DNA of 64,000 bases from a virus, in the IMG/VR virus record IMGVR_UViG_3300024999_000072, positions 1-64,000 of that record; one strand, given 5' to 3'. Under the pieces are notes generated by a model. It was not told where the DNA came from, did not search any database, and saw only the letters and a program-made list of their open reading frames with translations. A program made the translations under genes and the position numbers. How positions within the stretch are numbered: the stretch's first letter is position 1; each line of letters opens with the position of its first letter. Of this stretch, positions 1 to 10,514 are shown in pieces.

Positions 1-54
1 CCACATTTGCATACATACCAAGAATTTTGAAAACCTCAGGAGGTATTCCGTTTC

Positions 55-381
55 ATGCCGAAAAGCCAAGAGTACCAAAAAGAACTGGCGAAATTGACCG
101 AGGTATTCAAGGATGTCGAAGAATCCCGAAGGAAACTCGTCGAGGGGCTTATCGAGGATGCTGCATTCCTGAAGGCTGAAAACTTCATCCTGAAACAACA
201 GATTTCCGAGACCGGTATGGTCAAGATCCATCCTCAGCATCCAGGGATCCAGAAGCCGATCGAGACGGCTAAGCAGTATCTCAAGAATATAAACAGCTAT
301 GCCGTGGTCATAAAAACACTGAACGGTGTGCTGATGAAGAATATTATCGAGGAAGATGATGGGCTAGATGAGTTTGAGTAG
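55..381 (+). CDS. terS: terminase small subunit (probable)
   Basis: 108 aa helical protein just upstream of terL; AGGAGG RBS; acidic DDGLDEFE tail typical of small terminases. Confidence 0.75.
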   Translation: MPKSQEYQKELAKLTEVFKDVEESRRKLVEGLIEDAAFLKAENFILKQQISETGMVKIHPQHPGIQKPIETAKQYLKNINSYAVVIKTLNGVLMKNIIEEDDGLDEFE

Positions 382-396
382 AGAGGAGAGTATAAA

Positions 397-558
397 TTGA
401 ATTACAAAGAAGTTTTAGAAAAACAAATAGAGCGACTTGAAGAAGCTCAGGAGGACATAAGACCAAGTAATCCGGACGGACAGGTTGCCTTATCTAAACA
501 AATACAATCGTTAATTGAGTTATTAATCGATAAAGCGTTAGTCTTAAAAAGTAGTTAA
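397..558 (+). CDS. small hypothetical protein (53 aa, MNYKEVLEKQIERLEE...)
   Basis: Not in ORF track; GAGGAG RBS, TTG start, fills the terS-terL gap; N-terminus resembles ORF 45770-46060. Confidence 0.55.
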   Translation: MNYKEVLEKQIERLEEAQEDIRPSNPDGQVALSKQIQSLIELLIDKALVLKSS

Positions 559-560
559 GT

Positions 561-2300
561 ATGTTCAATGCACTCAGCGACACCGTAAATGGCACCCACT
601 CGTCTCTCCTAGAATACATTGGCAAATGCAAAAGCGGGGAAATAGTAATCGGCCACGAGCTAATGCAGATGCTGGATATACTGCTCAGTCACTTCGAAGA
701 TCCGGGTATCAAAGTGGAATTCGAGGACGCACACAAGCGGATCAAGTTCATCGAAACGAAATGCAAGCACTTCGAGGCCCCTTTTGCAGGGAAACCTTTC
801 ATACTTATGCTCTTCCAAAAGGCATTTATTGAGGCGATATACGCCTTTAAAATTTTCGATGAAGAGATAGGTAGATTCATCCGCCTATACCAAGATGTAT
901 TATTCCTTGTGGCCAGAAAAAATGGGAAAACACCGCTAATCTCAGCACTTTGTCTTGCTGAGTTTTTTTGTGGGGAAATGGGTACGAGAATATTATGCTC
1001 AAGCAATGATTATGAGCAAGCAGATTTGATGTTCCAGGCAATTAATTCGATGAGAGAAGAAAGCAAATCTCTCTCGAATGTTACCAGGAGTAATGTTAAA
1101 GGGATCTTCTTTGGAAATCCAAAAAAACCAAAGAAAACAGGTAAGTTCAGCTACAAAAACAAGGGGCAGATTAAAAAGATATCTGCTAAGACAGGAGCTA
1201 AAGAGGGTAAAAATATTAAAGTAGGTGCTGTCGATGAGGTCCATGAGTTAAAAGATAATACATCGACAATGCCAATTAGGCAAGCGGTATCCACCCAAGA
1301 TGATCCGCTGTATTACGAGCTTACAACGGAAGGCGTTGTTAACGATGGGTATCTTGACGAACGACTAAAGGAAGCCCGTCAAGTCCTTGCTGGTGAACTC
1401 GAAAGACCACGATGGCTGATATGGCTTTACACCCAGGATAGCGAAACAGAAGTTTGGCAGGGAGAAGAGTCTTGGCCAAAGAGTAACCCTGGGGGTGGGG
1501 TGATCAAAAAGTGGAGTTTTCTCCGCAAGATGATTGCTGAAGCTCAGACCAGCAAGAAGATGCGCGTCTTTGTTTTATCAAAAGATTTCAATCTAAAGCA
1601 GAATAACGCGCAAGCGTGGCTTACCCCTGATGACATTAGTAATCTTGAAACATTCGACATCGAAGATTTTAGAAACTGTTTCGCTATTGGAGCGGTAGAC
1701 TTATCCAAGACCGGTGACTTAGCTAGTGCAAGGGCATTGCTAATGAAACCGGGTAGTAGTAAAAAATACATGCTACAGAAATACTTTATTCCGCAGTCGA
1801 AATTGGAAAATATGTCAGAAGAAGATCGCAAAAAATATGAGCAATGGGTAAGGGAAGATCGAGTTGTCATATCAGATGGAAATGAAAATGATTTTAGGCA
1901 TGTTACAGCATGGTTCGTAAAACTCTACAAGGAATATGGAGTGAAATTTTTTAAGATCGGCTATGACAAATGGTCAGCAATTTATTGGGTCAAGGAAATG
2001 GAGGGTTATGGTTTCGATTGTCAGCGCGTGCCTCAAGAATTTGGGAGCATGTCGCAACCAATGACTCTTGTCGAGGCTGATTTAAAAAGCAACCTGATAA
2101 ATTACAACGATGACCCAATAGATAAAATGTGCCTTGAGAACACAGGCATGAATATGAATTCAAAAGCAGAGATCATGCCAATAAAAGTTCAGGGCAAGGA
2201 CGAAAGCAAGATTGACGGAGCAGTGACCATGATAATTGCCTATAAGGTTTACATTGACAACAGAACTGAGTTTCTTGAGCTTGTAAAGAGATCTGCATAA
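561..2300 (+). CDS. terL: terminase large subunit
   Basis: Walker A VARKNGKT, Walker B AVDEVHE, nuclease motifs AVDLS and KIDG. Confidence 0.95.
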   Translation: MFNALSDTVNGTHSSLLEYIGKCKSGEIVIGHELMQMLDILLSHFEDPGIKVEFEDAHKRIKFIETKCKHFEAPFAGKPFILMLFQKAFIEAIYAFKIFDEEIGRFIRLYQDVLFLVARKNGKTPLISALCLAEFFCGEMGTRILCSSNDYEQADLMFQAINSMREESKSLSNVTRSNVKGIFFGNPKKPKKTGKFSYKNKGQIKKISAKTGAKEGKNIKVGAVDEVHELKDNTSTMPIRQAVSTQDDPLYYELTTEGVVNDGYLDERLKEARQVLAGELERPRWLIWLYTQDSETEVWQGEESWPKSNPGGGVIKKWSFLRKMIAEAQTSKKMRVFVLSKDFNLKQNNAQAWLTPDDISNLETFDIEDFRNCFAIGAVDLSKTGDLASARALLMKPGSSKKYMLQKYFIPQSKLENMSEEDRKKYEQWVREDRVVISDGNENDFRHVTAWFVKLYKEYGVKFFKIGYDKWSAIYWVKEMEGYGFDCQRVPQEFGSMSQPMTLVEADLKSNLINYNDDPIDKMCLENTGMNMNSKAEIMPIKVQGKDESKIDGAVTMIIAYKVYIDNRTEFLELVKRSA

Positions 2301-2329
2301 ATCAAAAGCCGAACGGTGGTGGTAATTAA

Positions 2330-3586
2330 TTGGGATTCTCAGACTTCGTAAAAGGTATGTTCGCATCAAAGGAAAAAAGAAGACAAATGCAATACGCTAA
2401 ATTCCTTGACGGTAACCTAGCAATCTTCTCGCAGTTTGGCCAAAACATTTACGCCTCAGATGTTGTCCAAAACTGCGTTGATGTGATCGCAACCGAGATA
2501 AGTAAACTCATGCCTCGACACATCCGAACCGACAAAAACGGAATGCAAACAACGGTCAATAGCAGCCTAAATAGGCTGTTTAAATTTGCCCCAAACGAAC
2601 TCATGACAACCAAGGATTTCCTCGAAAAGATAATCTGGCTACTAGAGCTTAACTGCAACGCCTTCATCTACCCCGTCTATGAAACGAAATACGATGAGCA
2701 GGGTAATCCCTATATAATTTACACCGCGTTCTACCCTCTAGATCCGAAGCGAGTCGACTTTCTCCAAGACTCAACCGGAAAGCTATTCGTGGGTCTGCAT
2801 TTCGAAAGCGGTGATAACTTTACACTGGCCTACTCAGATGTGATCCACCTTCGGAAAAAATTCTCCGTTAACTCGATCATGGGTGGCGGAAGAAATGGGC
2901 AACCGGATAACGCAGCGCTGCTCAAGGTGTTGGAGATCAACGACACGGTACTACAAGGCTTAGGTAAGGCGGTTAAAACGAGTCTATCAGTCCGCGGTAT
3001 CCTTAAAATTGCCACCATGCTTGATGATGATAAGCAGAAAGCAGAACGAACAAGATTTGAAAGTGCAATTTCTAGTGGGACAACCGGTATTTTACCCTTG
3101 GACTTAAAGGGCGATTACATCCCTATTGCTGTTGACCCTAAGCTTATCGACAAGGATACGATGGAGTTCATGAAGAGTAAGGTCCTCGATCACTTTGGTG
3201 TATCATTGCCGATCTTAAGTGGGGATTTTAAGGATGAGCAGTACTCTGCATTTTACGAAAAGACGTTGGAGCCTATCCTTATTGGCCTAAGTCAAGCTTT
3301 TTCTAAAACCTTATTTACTGAAAGGGAATTACAGACTGGGAATGAGATCGTTTTTTACCAAAGAGACATGATGTATCTAAGCACGAAGTCGAAGCTAGAA
3401 CTATTAAAGACTGCAGGCGAACAAGGGTTGCTATCAGATAATCAGAAATTACAAATCTTAGGCTATAGTCCAATTGAAGGTGGAGAGCGCATCACACAGT
3501 CTCTGAACTACGTGGATAAGTCGCTCATTAACGAGTATCAAATGAAGAAAGCCGGTGCTCCGCAAGGGGGCACAGGTAATCAGTAG
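2330..3586 (+). CDS. HK97-family portal protein
   Basis: Position after terL; PNELMT...F and VIHLR motifs; 418 aa. Confidence 0.93.
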   Translation: MGFSDFVKGMFASKEKRRQMQYAKFLDGNLAIFSQFGQNIYASDVVQNCVDVIATEISKLMPRHIRTDKNGMQTTVNSSLNRLFKFAPNELMTTKDFLEKIIWLLELNCNAFIYPVYETKYDEQGNPYIIYTAFYPLDPKRVDFLQDSTGKLFVGLHFESGDNFTLAYSDVIHLRKKFSVNSIMGGGRNGQPDNAALLKVLEINDTVLQGLGKAVKTSLSVRGILKIATMLDDDKQKAERTRFESAISSGTTGILPLDLKGDYIPIAVDPKLIDKDTMEFMKSKVLDHFGVSLPILSGDFKDEQYSAFYEKTLEPILIGLSQAFSKTLFTERELQTGNEIVFYQRDMMYLSTKSKLELLKTAGEQGLLSDNQKLQILGYSPIEGGERITQSLNYVDKSLINEYQMKKAGAPQGGTGNQ

Positions 3587-3641
3587 AGGCATCCGTAGAA
3601 GGGGCGTTTTTTAATTCAAACAAAGGAGGACTAGGGAAAAA

Positions 3642-4301
3642 ATGAGCAAAGAAAAACCAGAACAAAGGGACGACAAACTCAACAGATATTTTGAGGTGCA
3701 GGAATTAAGGGCAGTAGACCCGACACCGGAAGAGCCGGGAGCAATTATCGAAGGATTTGCGATACCTTACGAAGTTGAAACCAACGTAGGGAACTGGTTT
3801 ATTGAAGTTATTAAACGTGGGGCCCTTGACGGTGCGGACTTAAAGGACGTACCTTTCTTTATTCACCATAATGGCAGAGCTATTCCACTGGCAAGGAGCA
3901 GGAACAACAACTTAAACTCAACAATGCAACTCATTGTAGACGATAAGGGCTTAAGTTTCAGAGCCAAGCTAGATATAGAGAACAACGCCGAAGCCAAAGC
4001 TTTGTATTCTGCTACAAAAAGGCAGGACGTAACAGGGATGAGCTTTTCCTTCTCAGTTAAAGAGGAGAATTGGCTCAATCTCGACACCAATCTACCGACA
4101 AGGGAGATTAAAAGGTTTAAAAAGATCTACGAGGTATCAGCGTTATGGTGTCCACAATACGAGGACACTAACATAATGGCCCGTGACGAAGCACTGGATA
4201 GTGTGGATAAAGCGGCATTGGAGAATGCCCGGTCAAAAAAGTTGGATAACTCAAGCGGGCATGAAATGGAACTCCTTAAATTTAAACTTGAAAAATTTTA
4301 A
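3642..4301 (+). CDS. HK97-family prohead protease
   Basis: IEGFAIPY, HHN, GMSFSF and EVS..PQY motifs of peptidase S78. Confidence 0.92.
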   Translation: MSKEKPEQRDDKLNRYFEVQELRAVDPTPEEPGAIIEGFAIPYEVETNVGNWFIEVIKRGALDGADLKDVPFFIHHNGRAIPLARSRNNNLNSTMQLIVDDKGLSFRAKLDIENNAEAKALYSATKRQDVTGMSFSFSVKEENWLNLDTNLPTREIKRFKKIYEVSALWCPQYEDTNIMARDEALDSVDKAALENARSKKLDNSSGHEMELLKFKLEKF

Positions 4302-4326
4302 GAAACGAAAGGGCATGGTGAAATAA

Positions 4327-5664
4327 ATGAACAAGAAACAACTGCTAGCGTTAATCGCAAAGAAGTCAGAGGAGAGAGCCGCCTTAAAGGCAAAGGGATT
4401 AGCAAGTGAAGATATTACTGAAGTAAGAAGCATCAGCTCTATGGTCGAAATGCTAGACGTAAATATTGCCGAGCTCCGCAGTATGGCCGACGCAATGCCT
4501 GACGATACTGCACCTAGCACCGGAGCACCACCCGAAGGCGAATTCAGAGGCGAGCCCAAACCTGGAACAGCTGGCGTGCTGGGTGCACCTGCACCAGGCG
4601 GCGAACAACGCAGCACACCAGTCGGATCTACAAGAATTATCGACACATACGGAGTTGGTGGCGGCCAACCGGAGCAACGCGGGGGTGATGCAGGAGAACT
4701 AGAAGACAAATATGATACCATGGAATACCGAAAAGCTTTCATGAATCACTTTTTACGTGGCACACCTATTGCGCAGGAGTATAGGGATGACGCATTTACC
4801 ACTGTAGCAGATGCCGCGGCAGTTATTCCCACAACCATCATGAACAACGTCATTAAACAGATGAAGGTTCGTGGTCAAATTTATTCTCGTTGCCGTCCAA
4901 CTAATATTCCAGGTGGTGTTCGTTATCCTATTTTGTCCCTAAAACCGATAGCGGTAAGAACTACCGAAGGTACAGTGTCTGCGCGTCAAAAGATTCAGAT
5001 GAACACCTATGTCAGCTTCGACTACCTCGTTTTGGAGTGCAGGGTAGCAACTTCCATGTTGACAACAGCCGTGACACTGCCGATGTTTGAGGATCAAATA
5101 ACGCCGCTTATTGTCGAAGCAATGACTATGACAAATGAATACGAAGTATTTAACGGAAACGGAACAACTGAAATGGTGGGCATTTTGGTCGATACTAGGG
5201 TATTGGCTGGACAAAAGATTACCCTGTCCTCTACGGAGTTTGGTGAATGGGATTCATGGAAAAAGAAAGTTTTTTCAAAAGTTCCCCTGGCATATCGTTC
5301 GTATGAGATTTTTATGGGTGCCGGCACCTTTGAAGGTTACATTGATAGCATGACTGATGCTAACGGTCAGCCGATTGGCCGCACAAACTACGGCATTTCT
5401 GATGGTCCAACATATCGCTTTGGCGGAAAGACTGTCATTGAGGTCGAAGAAGATGTTATTAAGAGCTACGACAATGCAGCCACTGGGGATGTCGTGGCAG
5501 TATTTGTGGACTTGGACGAGTACGCCATAAACAGTAATATGCAAATGGCTATGTATCGCTGGCTTGACCATGAAACCAACCAATGGGTTAATAAGGCTAT
5601 CCTAATCAACGACGGCAAGCTGCTTGACCCGGTCGGGGTTATCATCGTTATAAAAGGAGAGTAA
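4327..5664 (+). CDS. HK97-fold major capsid protein
   Basis: N-terminal coiled-coil delta domain; IPTTI, NGNGT and DANGQPI motifs; synteny. Confidence 0.9.
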   Translation: MNKKQLLALIAKKSEERAALKAKGLASEDITEVRSISSMVEMLDVNIAELRSMADAMPDDTAPSTGAPPEGEFRGEPKPGTAGVLGAPAPGGEQRSTPVGSTRIIDTYGVGGGQPEQRGGDAGELEDKYDTMEYRKAFMNHFLRGTPIAQEYRDDAFTTVADAAAVIPTTIMNNVIKQMKVRGQIYSRCRPTNIPGGVRYPILSLKPIAVRTTEGTVSARQKIQMNTYVSFDYLVLECRVATSMLTTAVTLPMFEDQITPLIVEAMTMTNEYEVFNGNGTTEMVGILVDTRVLAGQKITLSSTEFGEWDSWKKKVFSKVPLAYRSYEIFMGAGTFEGYIDSMTDANGQPIGRTNYGISDGPTYRFGGKTVIEVEEDVIKSYDNAATGDVVAVFVDLDEYAINSNMQMAMYRWLDHETNQWVNKAILINDGKLLDPVGVIIVIKGE

Positions 5665-5681
5665 TTCCTAATAGTTATCAT

Positions 5682-5710
5682 GGGAGGGCTTCGGCTCTCC
5701 CGACATTTTT
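5682..5710 (+). terminator. intrinsic terminator/attenuator after the capsid gene
   Basis: GGGAGGGC-TTCG-GCTCTCCC hairpin followed by a short T run. Confidence 0.6.
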
Positions 5711-5722
5711 GGAGGTAATTAG

Positions 5723-7015
5723 ATGAATTCATATAACCACAAGTTTGGACAAAGGATTAAGACTGATGTCGTTGGCGTATCATGCGACCGCGCCTTCCAT
5801 GCACAGTTCCAAGTCGCTGCAACCGACGCAGTCGCCGCAAGCGCAGCTGGCGTTATGGCGACCACTAATCTCGGAGTTGCCACGCAGTTAAAAACGACCG
5901 GCCTCACCGATCCGGCGGTACCTCGGGCATTGAGTATTGTTGGTAACGTCGCTGGCATTACGGGAAATGTGGTTATCACCGGGAAGAACTTTGCTGCCGA
6001 AACTATAACTGAGACTTTTGCCCTAAATGGCACTAATACCATACAAGGCGCAAAGGCCTTCAAAGACATAACAAGCGTTGCGCTCCCTGTCCAAGTCCAT
6101 ACCCCTGTTGCCCAAGTTGAAACAGCCACTGTAGCCGGTACAATCACTGTCGCTGGCAACGCATCCGTAGTGGTAACCGCAGTCGGCATGACCGGAAGCC
6201 CCAAAACTATACTGGTACCCGTTGTCGGAACCCTCCAAGTTGAAACTGCAACCGTGGCCGGAACAATTGATGTAGCGGGCGCCGGTAACGCGACGGTCGT
6301 TGTCACTGCTGCAGGTATGACCGGATCTCCTGTTACCTTAGCTGTGGCAGTAGCTAATAACGATACAGCAGCACAGGTGGCAGGTAAGATAAAAACAGCT
6401 ATGGGCCTTGACGCAGGTATAGCCGCCTGGTTCACCATTGGCGGTGCAGATGCAGTCATCATATTGACCAGGAAAGCTGCAACCGCTAACGATGCAACTA
6501 TGAACGTATCGATTGACAACGGCACATGTACAGGCTTGACTACAGCGGCTACCTCAGATGATACTACCGCGGGTGTAGTAGGTGACGATGCCTCTGCTAT
6601 TGCAGGTAAGATTAGAGTGGCATTGGCTGCCGATGCCGCAGTGATCGCGCTGTTTGCCGTTTCTGGAGCGACGGATAAAATTATTCTGACTGCGCTAACC
6701 CCACTCGCGAATGATGGCACGCTAAATATTGCGCTCGCAGACGGAACAAGCGTAGGTGTAACAACTGCGGCCGCCTCAGCTAACACTACCACAGGAGTCG
6801 CGATTGATGCCGTATCGGTAGGCTGGAATGACAAGCTTGGCCTGCCGTATAAGTTGGCGCATAACACCGTAATACCGGGAATGACGTTTTTAAATAATGT
6901 TAGAGAAGCCACCGAGCCGACTGTAACAGTCAGTGCGACTGCAATCGAGAGTAATACCATCGACCTGAACAGTAGTTTATCTGGTAATGTAGTGGACATT
7001 TATTTGATTGTGTAA
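5723..7015 (+). CDS. Ala/Thr/Val-rich virion protein (probable head decoration/fibre) with a nested domain duplication
   Basis: Directly after the capsid gene; beta-rich composition; two copies of QVETATVAGTI...GMTGSP. Confidence 0.6.
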   Translation: MNSYNHKFGQRIKTDVVGVSCDRAFHAQFQVAATDAVAASAAGVMATTNLGVATQLKTTGLTDPAVPRALSIVGNVAGITGNVVITGKNFAAETITETFALNGTNTIQGAKAFKDITSVALPVQVHTPVAQVETATVAGTITVAGNASVVVTAVGMTGSPKTILVPVVGTLQVETATVAGTIDVAGAGNATVVVTAAGMTGSPVTLAVAVANNDTAAQVAGKIKTAMGLDAGIAAWFTIGGADAVIILTRKAATANDATMNVSIDNGTCTGLTTAATSDDTTAGVVGDDASAIAGKIRVALAADAAVIALFAVSGATDKIILTALTPLANDGTLNIALADGTSVGVTTAAASANTTTGVAIDAVSVGWNDKLGLPYKLAHNTVIPGMTFLNNVREATEPTVTVSATAIESNTIDLNSSLSGNVVDIYLIV

Positions 7016-7028
7016 GGAAGGATAAGTA

Positions 7029-7796
7029 TTGTTTGGTATTTATGTAATTGAAAATACTTTTAATGGAAAGGTATATATTGGGGCTGTTGGAAAAGGGAGA
7101 AGCAAAACGCATAAAGGCAAAAGGAAAACCTTCCACGAAAGACTTAGCGAGCACGTCAAAGGCTTAAATAACAAAAAGCATCATAATCGCTACCTTCAAG
7201 CTTCTTGGAATAAGTATAGACAAGAAGCATTTTTATTTGACATCTTAGAAATAATTGACGATGTTAGCCTTTTGGACACTCGTGAAAAGTTTTGGATTGA
7301 GTATTACAGCAGCGCAGAAAAAGATTACGGATACAATCTAACATTGGGTGGCGAGGGGCAAAGTCCCAATGAAGAGACCATGGCAAAGTTAAGAAAAAAC
7401 AATGCCATGAAGAGACCTGAGATTGCCAACAAGGTACGATTAATGATTACAGGAAGAACAATTTCCAATGAAACTAGGAAAAGGCAATCGGAAGCCAAGG
7501 CGGGTAGATATTTAGGTGAAAATCACCCATTCTACGGGAAGCATCATAGTGATGAAACTAAGGCAAAACTATCTGCGTCACACATGGGCAAACCCTCGCA
7601 TAGAAGGGGTAAGTTAAGTATTACTACGCGCGGAGAAAATAACCCGAACGTAAAATTAACCAAATACCAAGTTCGTGAAATAAGGGCCCTATTAACGGAA
7701 GGTTTTGCACTGACACTAATTGCTAAAACGTTTAACGTTAGTGATACATCTATAGCCAATATCAGAAACGGCAGGACATGGACGCACGTTGTATAA
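7029..7796 (+). mobile_element. free-standing GIY-YIG homing endonuclease with NUMOD3 repeats and a C-terminal HTH
   Basis: GIYVIENTFNGKVYIG; GENHPFYGKHHSDETKAKLS; interrupts the head gene cluster. Confidence 0.9.
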
Positions 7797-7885
7797 TGAT
7801 GGATCAGTCGTCGATAGCTTTAAAATCGTATAATTCACCAGATTTTAAAAGTTATAAGTAGTAAATATTTTGGATGGTGATTTAA

Positions 7886-8194
7886 GTGGGCATTCTCACA
7901 TTACAAGAGGCGGCGGATATACTAAAGCTTGAAGTCGTCTCCGACTACCCTCAATTACCTATACTACTTCCTAGTGTAGATGAATACATCAAAGATTCAA
8001 CAGGCAAGGATTGGGGGGTGGATGATCCGATTGATCCAACGGCAAAGATGGCGGCAGTCGTCTTGTTGGTGAATTGGTTTGATAATCCTGGTGCGATCGG
8101 AAGCATTGATGGATTCAGAAAAACGATGATAGATCTTACGGGGAAACTTCAGGCAAAAGCTCTGGTATTGGCCGCAAGTGAAGTGATCATATGA
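7886..8194 (+). CDS. head-tail connector (gp6/gp15-like)
   Basis: Size, position and LLVNWFDNP motif. Confidence 0.75.
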   Translation: MGILTLQEAADILKLEVVSDYPQLPILLPSVDEYIKDSTGKDWGVDDPIDPTAKMAAVVLLVNWFDNPGAIGSIDGFRKTMIDLTGKLQAKALVLAASEVII

Positions 8195-8541
8195 ATCCTG
8201 GAGAATTACGCAACAGAATTGAGATCCAAAAGTATACTAGAGACGGAGATAACGTAAACGAAGCGGGCGAAGAAATCAAGACATGGCAACTCTACAAGAG
8301 GCCGTGGGCAAAGTTCTGCAATAGCAGCGTAAAAGACCAAGTGAAAGCTGGGAAAGACGCGTCGAGTATCGTTTATAAAATTGTGATATGGTACTCCAAA
8401 AACATTAACATCAATACAACTATGCGTGTAGTTTACAAGGGAAAAATCTACAGCATTGATCACGTTGTAAACTACAAAGAACAAAACATCGAAACCCACC
8501 TATACTGCACTCTCATTGAGGAAGGCGTTTATAATGAGTAG
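8191..8541 (+). CDS. head closure protein (SPP1 gp16-like)
   Basis: MNPGELRNRIEIQ, W..WA and MRVVYKGKIYSI motifs. Confidence 0.85.
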   Translation: MNPGELRNRIEIQKYTRDGDNVNEAGEEIKTWQLYKRPWAKFCNSSVKDQVKAGKDASSIVYKIVIWYSKNININTTMRVVYKGKIYSIDHVVNYKEQNIETHLYCTLIEEGVYNE

Positions 8542-8956
8542 CAATGGTAGTTTCGAAATCACTGGATTAACAGAATTCGAAAACGACCTTTTGAGGGTTA
8601 TTGGTAAGAAGTTTCCTTCCGAGGCAAAGAAGTTTATCCGCAGACAAGCTAACGATGTTAGAAATTTAGCAAGAAAGTGGACACCTAAGAAATCGGGATA
8701 CACTAGGGGACACTGGAAAGTGTCTGTAAAAGGGAAGAGGACGGTAACCGCTAGTTTTGCTGAGGCGAAGGTAACCAATAATGCCGAGCTATCCCATCTA
8801 CTTGAAAACGGGCACGTGATAAAGAATCAATATGGAGAATATGGATTCCAGCCTGGTTATCACATGCTTGAGTATGCGGTAATACAAAAAGAAGCTGAGT
8901 TTGACAACAAACTCCAAGACTTTATAAGGCATACCTTGGAGGAGATAGCGATATGA
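8534..8956 (+). CDS. HK97 gp10-family tail completion protein
   Basis: TPKKSG..R..W and HLLENGH motifs. Confidence 0.8.
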   Translation: MSSNGSFEITGLTEFENDLLRVIGKKFPSEAKKFIRRQANDVRNLARKWTPKKSGYTRGHWKVSVKGKRTVTASFAEAKVTNNAELSHLLENGHVIKNQYGEYGFQPGYHMLEYAVIQKEAEFDNKLQDFIRHTLEEIAI

Positions 8957-9432
8957 TTGGCTATGTTGATATCAAAAAGGCTGTATCCGATGTCTTGAAA
9001 GCTAAAGCAAGTTCCGTAAGGGTAACCCCTACCGAGGAATTAAGTGGATTCAGTAAACCTGCTTTCTTTGTGCAGTTAATACCTGTTGGTGATACGGCCT
9101 TTATTGATTACGAAGAAAAGCTTCTAACTATCAATGTCCACTACTTTTCGGCAGAAAAAACCGACACCGCTAACCTAATAATGCTTGACCAACTAAACAA
9201 AGTTTTCTTCAACACTGTGAAAATCGGTGATCGCGTAATCACCCTGAAATCAAAGCGTCACGTAATCGCCGACAACGTCTTGCAGTTTAAATTTGAGCTT
9301 GAATTCTCTAACGACGTTGACGTTGTGGAAGTAAACGGCGAGTGGGTAATGACAACCAAGCTCGATGAAACCTTAGGCTACACAGAAGAATCCGTTGAGC
9401 TCATGCAAGAATTAGAACTCGAGGGGGAATAA
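8953..9432 (+). CDS. tail terminator protein (probable)
   Basis: Position before the sheath gene; PAFFVQL motif. Confidence 0.65.
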   Translation: MIGYVDIKKAVSDVLKAKASSVRVTPTEELSGFSKPAFFVQLIPVGDTAFIDYEEKLLTINVHYFSAEKTDTANLIMLDQLNKVFFNTVKIGDRVITLKSKRHVIADNVLQFKFELEFSNDVDVVEVNGEWVMTTKLDETLGYTEESVELMQELELEGE

Positions 9433-9437
9433 ACATT

Positions 9438-10502
9438 ATGGGATTGCCTGAAATAAATATCGCGTTCCAAACCTTAGCTGTAACAGCAATCGCTCGAAGT
9501 GCGAGGGGAATTGTCTCCTTAATCTTAAAGGACTCAACAGTTATCACATTCGATACTAAAATCTATACGGACGTGTCGCAGGTTGATCCAGACGATTGGA
9601 CAGCAGCAAATCTAGACTACATCCAAAAGACGTTTCTCGGCCTTCCGGTAATGGTCATTGTCGAAAGGGTTGCATCGGACGCAGTGAATTACACCGCGGC
9701 CTTAGCAAGACTGATCAATAAGAAGTGGAATTACATGGCCGTACCAGCTATCGAAACTGCAGACGTAGCCACGATATCCACATGGATCAAGGCGCGCCGT
9801 GACACGGACAAGAAAACATTTAAAGCTGTATTGCCTAACAGCATCTCAGACCACGAAGGCATTATTAACTTCGCCACGGATGATTTAGTTGTTGGCGCTA
9901 AAACCTACACGACTGAAGAGTATTGTTGCAGGATAGCAGGGATCGAGGCGGGCCTTCCATTCTCCCGAAGCTCAACCTATTACATCCTATCTGAAGTAGA
10001 CAGTATCACCGAAACAGCCACGCCGGATGTTGACATTGATGCCGGAAAACTCATCTTAGTCAATGATGGCGAGAATATCAAGATTGGTCGAGGCGTAAAC
10101 AGCCTAACCACCACAACTGTAACCAAAGGTGCCAAGTTTAAGAAGATCAAGATCATGGAAGCAATCGATCTTATGCGCGATGACATTCGGAACACCTTTG
10201 CATCGGAGTATGTTGGAAAGATTAACAACTTTTATGACAACAAGGTTCTGTTTTTAACGGCGGTCAACGCTTATCTTAAGGGACTCCAAGGGGACGAAGT
10301 CTTAGACCCGAACTTCACGGCGCTGGCCGAGATCGACGTTGACGCGCAAGAGTTATACCTCCAGTCGCTCGGAACAGATACTAGCAAGCTAACCACGGCG
10401 CAGATCAAAGAATACAACACCGGGAGCAAGGTCTTTCTCAAGGCGAGCGGAAGTCCCCTTGACGCCATGGAAGACCTCGACTTCTCGATGTTAATCGTAT
10501 AG
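9438..10502 (+). CDS. tail sheath protein (XkdK-like)
   Basis: MGLPEINIAF, RGVNSLTT, FKKIKIMEAIDL and DAMED motifs. Confidence 0.92.
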   Translation: MGLPEINIAFQTLAVTAIARSARGIVSLILKDSTVITFDTKIYTDVSQVDPDDWTAANLDYIQKTFLGLPVMVIVERVASDAVNYTAALARLINKKWNYMAVPAIETADVATISTWIKARRDTDKKTFKAVLPNSISDHEGIINFATDDLVVGAKTYTTEEYCCRIAGIEAGLPFSRSSTYYILSEVDSITETATPDVDIDAGKLILVNDGENIKIGRGVNSLTTTTVTKGAKFKKIKIMEAIDLMRDDIRNTFASEYVGKINNFYDNKVLFLTAVNAYLKGLQGDEVLDPNFTALAEIDVDAQELYLQSLGTDTSKLTTAQIKEYNTGSKVFLKASGSPLDAMEDLDFSMLIV

Positions 10503-10514
10503 GGGGTGTGAAGC

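Noticed and set aside
5719-6999. 426-aa antisense ORF (and similar ones at 13159-13719, 31104-31721, 59810-60454)
   Set aside because: Shadow frames of real genes with biased codon usage; no RBS or motifs
7016-7833. Group I intron housing the GIY-YIG gene
   Set aside because: The flanks are only a few nucleotides, too short for an intron core, and the upstream gene has its own complete end
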